Source: Methanobacteriota archaeon | GTDB taxonomy: Archaea > Methanobacteriota > Methanobacteria > Methanobacteriales > Methanobacteriaceae | Direction of reading: 5' to 3' | Length of the DNA stretch: 38,439 nt | NCBI GenBank assembly: GCA_963787255.1 | Contig: CAWBCJ010000005.1 | Coordinates: 1 to 38,439, forward strand | Shown here: in pieces, positions 12,004-19,358 of the stretch | How the letters are laid out: each line of letters begins with the position of its first letter | Numbering within the stretch: position 1 is the first letter of the stretch | Notes under the pieces: generated by a model | What the model was told of the DNA's origin: nothing | What the model saw: only the letters and a program-made list of their open reading frames with translations | Databases searched by the model: none | Translations under genes and position numbers: made by a program

Positions 12004-13044
12004 TTATTTTATTTTAATTACTTTTCCAGTATCTAAACTTTTCTTTATTCCATCTAACACTTCAAGCACTTTTAAAGCTTCCCCACCAGAAACTATAGGC
12101 TCACTGTTACTTGATATGGAGTCTATAAATGCTCTATCTTCTTTAAAAAATGTTTCATCCGGAATGTCTCCTCTTCCGCTTCGACCTATAAATGTGCCTA
12201 TTAAATTCTTCATTTGCTTAAAATTATCTGAAATTTTTTCTAGAGGTCCATATCCTCCATGCCTAAATTCAAATTCTGTCTGATTACTAAATACTGATCC
12301 GCCAGTTCCATGTACCTGTAATGAGTCATAAAAGATTCCTGATCTCCATCCAACATTAAATGAACCTAAAATATTATTTTCAGTTTTAAAGAATCCTGAA
12401 ATATTATCATAAGTTTTAACACCGCTTAATGTTTGAATTCCTTTAGCTGAAACTTCACATATATTATCTGACAATATGTACATCATTAAATCAATTAAAT
12501 GAGATCCTGAATCGTATAAAACCCCATATTTATCCTTAAAAAACCAGTCGCTACTGGGCATCCATCCTCCATAAGGGCCGGCATTAATAAGAATTCCATG
12601 AGTTTGTAGAACTTCTCCTAATTTCAATGATCTGATCATTTTCTTTGTTTTTTCGTAATTTTTCTCTATTCTACGATTATATCCTACTCCTAGGGATAAA
12701 TTTTTATTTTTCGCTATTTTTACAAGTTCACTTGTCTCATTAGGGTCTAAGCCCATTGGTTTTTCACAGAAAACGTTTATATCATTATTTAAAGCATTTT
12801 TCACAGCATTATAATGTAACGAATTGGGTATACAAACAAATACAGCATCTAAATCTGCTTTTTCATACATCTCATCATAGTTATCATAAAAATTGGGAAT
12901 ATTGAATTTATCAGCGACTTTTTTACCTCTTTCTGCATCAGGTTCTACTACAGAATCAATTATTACATCTTCAAAAGTTGATAAAATGGGTATATGCATT
13001 TTTTTTGCAATAGTTCCAAGGCCTACAATCCCTACTTTCTTTAT
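12004..13044 (-). CDS. Gfo/Idh/MocA family NAD(P)-dependent oxidoreductase; probable ATA start
   Basis: CEKP, VGYNRR, GVLYDSGSHLID. The Rossmann segment KKVGIVGLGTIA lies upstream of the first ATG (12999) and begins at ATA 13044, directly after an in-frame TAA. Confidence 0.88.
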   Translation of the reverse strand: MKKVGIVGLGTIAKKMHIPILSTFEDVIIDSVVEPDAERGKKVADKFNIPNFYDNYDEMYEKADLDAVFVCIPNSLHYNAVKNALNNDINVFCEKPMGLDPNETSELVKIAKNKNLSLGVGYNRRIEKNYEKTKKMIRSLKLGEVLQTHGILINAGPYGGWMPSSDWFFKDKYGVLYDSGSHLIDLMMYILSDNICEVSAKGIQTLSGVKTYDNISGFFKTENNILGSFNVGWRSGIFYDSLQVHGTGGSVFSNQTEFEFRHGGYGPLEKISDNFKQMKNLIGTFIGRSGRGDIPDETFFKEDRAFIDSISSNSEPIVSGGEALKVLEVLDGIKKSLDTGKVIKIK

Positions 13045-13048
13045 TTAA

Positions 13049-14014
13049 TCACGCCCTGAATATTCCTTTTAATATATTTTTCCATAAGGGAATTTTATTT
13101 ATTGATTTGCTCATATACAGATTGGTAATTAGTTTTTTCCAAGGAGATATAACCTTAAATTTAGTTTGTACATTTTCTATTTTTTCTCCAATGACTGTAT
13201 ACTTATTGCTGCCTAAGCCCTGTTTTAATGCTAAATTTAGATGTGAAATTCTATTTGGGTTAAATCCCATAATCCTTGCACATGCATAATCAGTAGCTAC
13301 TATGTCATTTCCAGCAATTATAATTCCTACTGGTTTAGGTGTTCCAAGAACTGGGCCCTCACCATCCATTGCAATTATTCCATCAACAATACATAAATCG
13401 GGCTTCTTTACTTTGTTTAAATCCGTTATAACTTTATCAAGACTTGAATGATATTTTAGTTTATATTTTACAGGATTTGCACCAAATTGATTCTTTAATA
13501 TACCTGTGATACCGGTCATAGTATGGGTTTTTAACTTTCCTACAGATATTAAAAAATCTGATTCCATATATGCTTTGGACATCTTTAGGTTTTTAAAATA
13601 TAATCCATCTAATTCAATATTGACAAGTTCATCATTTGATAAATTTAACAATTCAACATTAGAGTATTTTTTAAATAGTTCTTCCCATCCCAGGACTTTA
13701 AAAGCAATGTCAGCATTTAAAGCTGTAGCATCTGCCTCTCCAATATAGATCTTTTCAATTTCATAATGTTTCAGTAGCCAGTCTACAATACATTTTACAA
13801 TAAAAGGGTCTACGGTAGCTCCAGTATCATATCGCTTAACCAGACATATATTAGGTTTTATCATCACTTTAGCGTTTTGGGGAATGATGATATTTCCTTT
13901 ATTTTTCATATTTTCAAGCAGTTGATAAATTCCAGTTTGGATTTCTGACTTATTTAGTATATTTTCAATACTTTCAATTCCAACTGTTTTATATTTAGAA
14001 TCATTGAATTCCAT
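13049..14014 (-). CDS. DUF362 domain protein
   Basis: VMIKPN, KLKTH, TGILKNQFG, IVDGIIAMDGEGP, DIVATD..CARIMG. Confidence 0.85.
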   Translation of the reverse strand: MEFNDSKYKTVGIESIENILNKSEIQTGIYQLLENMKNKGNIIIPQNAKVMIKPNICLVKRYDTGATVDPFIVKCIVDWLLKHYEIEKIYIGEADATALNADIAFKVLGWEELFKKYSNVELLNLSNDELVNIELDGLYFKNLKMSKAYMESDFLISVGKLKTHTMTGITGILKNQFGANPVKYKLKYHSSLDKVITDLNKVKKPDLCIVDGIIAMDGEGPVLGTPKPVGIIIAGNDIVATDYACARIMGFNPNRISHLNLALKQGLGSNKYTVIGEKIENVQTKFKVISPWKKLITNLYMSKSINKIPLWKNILKGIFRA

Positions 14015-14036
14015 TTTTAATGCCTCAAAAATTACA

Positions 14037-14777
14037 TTATTTGTTTAAAGTGTCTAGGTTACCAATTTTTTCATCTTTTCTTGGAGAATAAGAGTATTTT
14101 TTATAATCTATTTTATGATGAAATAGTGTCTTGAAAATTTTCCATCCATCTTCAAATGTATTAAGTTTGGGGATGTCGATTCTTCTTTTGTATGTAATGG
14201 GTACTTCTTTAATTTTAAATGGAGATTTAGAAATTTTTATAAACATTTCCATCTCTAATTCAAAACCGTGAGATTGAATTCCTTCTTCGAGTAGATATTC
14301 TATAACTTCTTTTTTAAATGCCCAATAACCGGTACATACATCAGAAATTTTGGAGTAAAATAAACTTGTACTTAGACTTAAAATTGAATTGCCAATGATG
14401 TTTAAAAAGCTAATGGCTCCTTTTTCTTTTTTACTATTCATGCGGGAACCTAATATTACATCTGCTTTGTTCTTTATTAAAGGAGTTAGAAGAGAGTTTG
14501 CTTCGTGGGGATCATATGTATTATCTGAATCAAGCATTATTACATAATCTGAGCTAATGTTTTGGAAGCCTTTCTTAATGGCATGTCCTTTACCTTGTTT
14601 ATGTTCATAAATTAATTTTGAACCTAGTTTTTCTGCAATTATTGAAGTTTTATCTGTAGAATTATTATCAATCACTAATATTTTTGCTTTAGGAAATGTT
14701 TTTTTAATAGATTCTATCACTAATTCTATGGATCTTTCTTCATTATATGCTGGGAGCAAGAATGTAACGTTTTTCAT
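14037..14777 (-). CDS. Glycosyltransferase family 2, DPM1/AglJ-like (polyprenyl-phosphate glycosyltransferase type)
   Basis: PAYNEE, DNNSTDKT, GKG, DSDNTY, GSR, DVCTGY, FELEME, EVPITYKRR, KLNTFEDG. Confidence 0.88.
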   Translation of the reverse strand: MKNVTFLLPAYNEERSIELVIESIKKTFPKAKILVIDNNSTDKTSIIAEKLGSKLIYEHKQGKGHAIKKGFQNISSDYVIMLDSDNTYDPHEANSLLTPLIKNKADVILGSRMNSKKEKGAISFLNIIGNSILSLSTSLFYSKISDVCTGYWAFKKEVIEYLLEEGIQSHGFELEMEMFIKISKSPFKIKEVPITYKRRIDIPKLNTFEDGWKIFKTLFHHKIDYKKYSYSPRKDEKIGNLDTLNK

Positions 14778-15493
14778 TTAATCGAATCCCTCTTTTTGAA
14801 ACTAATAAGTAATACATTATTACATTAATATCTATATGTCCAATTATAAGTATTTTAGTATTAACACCCAAACTACAAACTTTAAATAATAACGATGAAA
14901 ACTGAAAACTTAATACACATTTAAAACATAAAAAAAAGAATAATATAACACAACAGGGAAAAAAAACACTTACAGGAACATATAAAACAAAAAGAGAAAA
15001 AAAGAGGTTTAAAATGGCGTAATGCTTGGATGATTATCCTCATTTACCATCATCACTTACCGGTCTTGAACTAGTTGTAGACCAATTGTTGTAATAATTT
15101 CTATCTTAAATGTTTGCACCATAATAATAACATTTTTGAATTGCTATTTTTTTTGTGTATTCGTTTTAGGTTTAATTTTTTGTGAAAAATTATATAAATC
15201 ACAATTAACACTAAATTTAGTAATAATTTAGTAGTATTACTTCAAAAAAAAAATTAGGATCCCTCCCCCCATTTTAAATCCTAAAAAATTAAAAGGGGAT
15301 GACACATTTGTAAAGACTAATCTTGTCATCATGTGCATAGTGATTATAATATGATGCTATTCATGAATCAGTAAAAATATTCAGGGAATTTAAAAAAAAA
15401 GATAATTTAAATATTATGGACTGCTTTTTTTAGGGTAAAAAAATATTAAAACAGTATAACACATTTTAAAAAAAGAAATGAGGAAAATATTAG

Positions 15494-15615
15494 GGGTGCT
15501 CCTCCCACACCATTAGTAACTATATTCCAGTTTCTGGATTCTATACTGATTTTCCGGGTGCTCCTCCAGCACCGCCAGTAACTACTCCAGTTTCTGGATC
15601 TATACTGATTTCCCC
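15494..15615. repeat. Diverged tandem duplication (62 bp + 60 bp) of the 3' end of the PepSY-like gene
   Basis: 15494-15555 and 15556-15615 both read GGGTGCTCCTCC...AGTAACTA...TCCAGTTTCTGGAT..CTATACTGATTT.CC. Confidence 0.85.
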
Positions 15616-15903
15616 AGCGCGTTCACCGTTATGTATGACTGGAACTACCTTTGTTTCCTTGCCATTAACTTTAACGGTTTCAACTTCACCTACTGATGCG
15701 TTAGGTTCTTCAATATGCTTTTGGGCTATAGCTTTTGCTTCTGCAGACGTTATAGTAGTTTTTTGAACATCTTCCCCATTTCCATTCACATTTGAACTAC
15801 TATTAACTAGTGGCATTGAATTTGTAGAATTGGACTGTAATGCTGCTGCTCCAACTATTGTTAAGAGTATTATGCCCGCAAATATTACCGCTTTACCTTT
15901 TAT
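15541..15903 (-). CDS. Small secreted/membrane-anchored PepSY-like protein; probable ATA start (alternative GTG at 15912)
   Basis: N-terminal hydrophobic helix, Ser/Asn linker, ITSAEAKAIAQK...GEISIDPETG..GGAGGAP. RBS GGAGGTG at 15910-15916 is 6 nt before the in-frame ATA 15903. Confidence 0.75.
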   Translation of the reverse strand: MKGKAVIFAGIILLTIVGAAALQSNSTNSMPLVNSSSNVNGNGEDVQKTTITSAEAKAIAQKHIEEPNASVGEVETVKVNGKETKVVPVIHNGERAGEISIDPETGVVTGGAGGAPGKSV

Positions 15904-16033
15904 AGTATTCACCTCCGAAAAAGTGTAATTCAACATTAAACTTCAATCCTTTTATATTTTTGGGTTTTAAACCTTAAATAACACATTAATCCAAAAATAA
16001 ACATAAAATAGATATCAAATTTAAGAAAAGATC

Positions 16034-16197
16034 AACATTAACGGCTATTTATAAGCAAGCCCTATAGAATTTAAGAATTCGCCTGTCTGCTGTCACGGAT
16101 TATAAAAAATAAAAAAGAATTTAAGCCATAAAGCCAGTATACTAGCCTTGATAAACCGGATAAGTCCTAAAATCAACTAAACATAGCGGTTAATGTT
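16034..16197. repeat. 164-bp element bounded by 15-bp inverted repeats (14/15 match); MITE-like element or structured RNA
   Basis: AACATTAACGGCTAT (16034-16048) versus ATAGCGGTTAATGTT (16183-16197), with internal hairpins. Confidence 0.45.
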
Positions 16198-16553
16198 AGA
16201 TATAAACTAATGGATTTTCACTAAAAACCTGCTTAAGAATGCCAACTATAGTTAAAATAGTAATTTATTATATTTTATTTAAAAAGGAGACGCTTAAATG
16301 TGGAATTGTTCTAACAGTGATTTAATTCATTAAGTCCGCAAATGAATAGTATAATATCAAATTTTCAGCACATTAACACCATTAAAATCAACTAAAAATT
16401 ATTTTAACTATTCAGTAACTATAAAAGCTGCTTTATTTTTCCTAGATAAATATTATGTAATCTTTAAAAAACTAAGCAATATGAATATTTTGAAACTAAA
16501 AAAAATATTTCCAGTAATTATATAATAAAAAAAAAGATGAAAAAGTTGGAAAT

Positions 16554-17009
16554 TTATTTAATTTCCAGTTTGAAACTTTCCTCTTTCTCCAGTTTTGGAG
16601 CTTCCACAGTTAAAACACCGTGTTCAAAGGTAGCTTCGGCCTCATCAGCAATAATTTTTTTAGGGAACCTTACAGTTCTCCTCATTACACCAGATTTCCT
16701 GTCATGAAGTGTTATGTATTTTCCTTGTTCCACTTCAAGCTCGATATCGAAAGCGGCCTTAACTTTTAGTTTGGTCTCGGTTATTCTTAATTCGATATCT
16801 TCTTTTTTGATTCCTGGTAAATCTACATGGACGATAACATCCTCATCGGTTTCAATTATGTCCTTACCCGGAACAAAGGTGTAATCAACAACAGACTTTT
16901 CTAAGTCAGTTTTTATTGTGTCTATTGTCCTGGAAGTATCTTCCAGCATTCTTTCAATCAAGCCTTTCCTATCTAAAATAGTCCTTTTCTTATATCTTCT
17001 ATGTGTCAT
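16554..17009 (-). CDS. Hsp20/alpha-crystallin small heat-shock protein
   Basis: [23 protein letters not shown]; RTVRFP; [14 protein letters not shown]. Confidence 0.92.
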   Translation of the reverse strand: MTHRRYKKRTILDRKGLIERMLEDTSRTIDTIKTDLEKSVVDYTFVPGKDIIETDEDVIVHVDLPGIKKEDIELRITETKLKVKAAFDIELEVEQGKYITLHDRKSGVMRRTVRFPKKIIADEAEATFEHGVLTVEAPKLEKEESFKLEIK

Positions 17010-17061
17010 TTTTTTTCAGCCTCGTTTTTTGAGTCAATTATTATATTCGTTTAATAAGATA

Positions 17062-17069
17062 TATATAAA
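17062..17069 (-). promoter_or_regulatory. Archaeal TATA box candidate for hsp20
   Basis: TTTATATA on the minus strand ~55 nt upstream of the ATG. Confidence 0.5.
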
Positions 17070-17228
17070 TTACCCCCACATGCTGAAACCATTTTTATAC
17101 ATCACAGAAGCATAAAAAGAAGAAATATGTTAAAAATAAAAAAAAATTTGTTCTCCCAAACTGGAAAACTACTCTATAATATATTTTATTAAACACATAA
17201 AAAAAGAAGAAGTAAATAAGAGAAATTT

Positions 17229-19358
17229 TTACTTTAAATAGATAAGAAAGGATAAAAGTAGTACTTTCACTTTTTTGATAAATGTATCCTTAGTTTTCCC
17301 CTTTTTTCCTTTTTTAACTTCTATCATTCTCTTTTTAGCTAAAAGAAGTTCATTATCCCTATCCTTTTTTGATTTTTCTACTTTTTGCTTTCTTCCTTTA
17401 GCAAGGGCTAATACTGCCGCAACTGCACCTAGAGAAATAACACTTATACCTGGTAATTCTTTTGATTGAGCGTTAAATTTAGCTATGTTTTCAATGTCCT
17501 TGTTTAAGGTTGAATCTTTAGCAATAAATGGAACGTTTAATGGTTGGATATTCTTATCAGTTAAATAATCTTGTAGTAGAACTCCATTATTTTTAACCAC
17601 TTGTACAGATCCTATTGGATAATAAGTTCCCTCTTCGCCTTTAATACCCTCATTGTTAAATGAATTAAGGGGTAAATCAGATAGAGATTCTTCTTGGAGT
17701 GCCATGAGCTGTTGGATAGTTACTACAGAGATATTTTTGTCGTGAATATGATCTAGAATGCTATTGTATGCTGTTGTTTCCATTTCCATTTTATTTTCAG
17801 GTGGATCTCCGGCTTTGTTAATAATGTGGAACATTAAGGTCAGTGTGGCATTATTAGCTGCTGCCATATCTATGAATTGTTTAGTTTCTTCTATATTTAG
17901 AAGTGCAGGATCTGTAGCACCTCCCAGTTGTTTTTCTATTTCCACAGGTTCGATGGTGTTAAAGTGATATCTATTGAAAGGATAGTTATAGACATCTAAA
18001 TGGTAATTAGTATCTATTTGATGGGAATTGAACGTTCTGAGGATGATTCTAAGTGAATCCGGGTTGTAAAGGAAGTTAGGTGAAGCATAGGTGTCTGTAT
18101 TAATACCTAGGATTTTGAGTATTTGGTATTGGTATAGTGTTTCTTGTAGGATTTTTTCATGTGATGCAGCGTCTATGTTATCGTTTTCGTAACCGATTGA
18201 ATGAGTTCCAATTTGGTCGTTACTAGGGAGTTGGTAAGCATCTTGCATGCTCATATATGGATTATTTTCCTTTAAGTGATCGGTAGCTTCATCAAACAGG
18301 CCGTTTGGAATTAAATTGTAAACTGCAGGATATCCATAATCGTCTGTTTTTAGTTCAGGATTTACCTGGTTTTTCCATCCATCGTCAAAACGAAGAATAA
18401 TATGAGGCTTTTTTAATTCAGCGGTAGCTGCAGAATCAGTCACACGTGAAAACTTCACTCCATCCACGTATCCTTTAAGCCTGTCGCCTTTGTCTGTTCC
18501 TTCTATAACTACTCGGGCTGAGTTAACATTAGGTGATGAAGGCTTATACGTACTCATTCGGTAATCTATACCTCTTTCACTGTCAACATTGTCTAAGTAG
18601 ACTCTGTTTACAAGGACTGCTTGTGTTCCTTGGAGATTGTACTCTTCCATAAAGAAATCAATTGACCCATCTTTACTGGTTGTGTCTGCCATGAATTGGA
18701 GGGTGTAATCTCGGCTGCTGTCAACACTTACAAGGTGTGAGAATGCGGTTCCTTGACCGTCAATTCTCATGGAATATTGTGGTTCGGGCATGACTCCTTG
18801 ACCGTTTTTTTCAATTTTCCATGATGCTGGTTTGGTCCAGCCATCTGTAATAGGATTGGGATTTATTATTCCGGTTATGTATCCGATTTCTGTTAGTATT
18901 TTTGCTCCGATTCCGCCTTGACCATTAGCACCATAAACAAACTCCTCCATAAAGCGAACAGTCTCACCCAATAAAGGAAGACCTGCTGTAAGTTGTAAAG
19001 CAAAAATCAATTCTGGACCAATTAGTACCATGGAAAGCGTACTAGCAGATAAAACTGCACATGCGGATATTATCCAATTAGAAAATGCCCTTCGTGGATC
19101 ATGTTTTTTGTGGTTTTCATCCCAACTAGCCTTTAACCGGGGTAACTCCAAGAAGAACACAATAATGAAACTGGTAATCACTAAGGCTATTGTTACGGGG
19201 AAAAGACCGGCTAGTGGCACTGGTAAGTTAACAATGGTGGTGTTGAGTAGTTGTGGTGAAAACAGTAATGCTGCAATGGGTACGGCTATGTAACTGGCGA
19301 TGAAGGCTATAACTATTCTTTGTCGGATAAGTGAAGTAAAAGCACGTACTAATACTAT
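17229..19358 (-). CDS. Membrane-anchored protein: N-terminal TM helices, CBM/galactose-binding-like domain, CE4 (NodB-homology) polysaccharide deacetylase domain, C-terminal TM and basic tail; possibly the C-terminal half of the upstream GT2
   Basis: Frame is open upstream of GTG 19220 to 19364 (EFIVLVRAFTSLIRQRIVIAFIASYIAVPIAALL). Motifs IILRFDDGW, IGTHS, YASP and LTLMFH; beta-rich domain ending GYVDGVKF. Confidence 0.75.
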   Translation of the reverse strand: MVLVRAFTSLIRQRIVIAFIASYIAVPIAALLFSPQLLNTTIVNLPVPLAGLFPVTIALVITSFIIVFFLELPRLKASWDENHKKHDPRRAFSNWIISACAVLSASTLSMVLIGPELIFALQLTAGLPLLGETVRFMEEFVYGANGQGGIGAKILTEIGYITGIINPNPITDGWTKPASWKIEKNGQGVMPEPQYSMRIDGQGTAFSHLVSVDSSRDYTLQFMADTTSKDGSIDFFMEEYNLQGTQAVLVNRVYLDNVDSERGIDYRMSTYKPSSPNVNSARVVIEGTDKGDRLKGYVDGVKFSRVTDSAATAELKKPHIILRFDDGWKNQVNPELKTDDYGYPAVYNLIPNGLFDEATDHLKENNPYMSMQDAYQLPSNDQIGTHSIGYENDNIDAASHEKILQETLYQYQILKILGINTDTYASPNFLYNPDSLRIILRTFNSHQIDTNYHLDVYNYPFNRYHFNTIEPVEIEKQLGGATDPALLNIEETKQFIDMAAANNATLTLMFHIINKAGDPPENKMEMETTAYNSILDHIHDKNISVVTIQQLMALQEESLSDLPLNSFNNEGIKGEEGTYYPIGSVQVVKNNGVLLQDYLTDKNIQPLNVPFIAKDSTLNKDIENIAKFNAQSKELPGISVISLGAVAAVLALAKGRKQKVEKSKKDRDNELLLAKKRMIEVKKGKKGKTKDTFIKKVKVLLLSFLIYLK

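Noticed and set aside
15008-15122. Small minus-strand ORFs (MVQTFKIEIITTIGLQLVQDR*, then a 15-codon ORF)
   Set aside because: Very short, no RBS and no recognisable motif.
15255-15330. Short inverted repeats TTAGGAT/ATCCTAA and GATGACA/TGTCATC
   Set aside because: 7-bp stems with long loops are expected by chance and match no RNA family I recognise.
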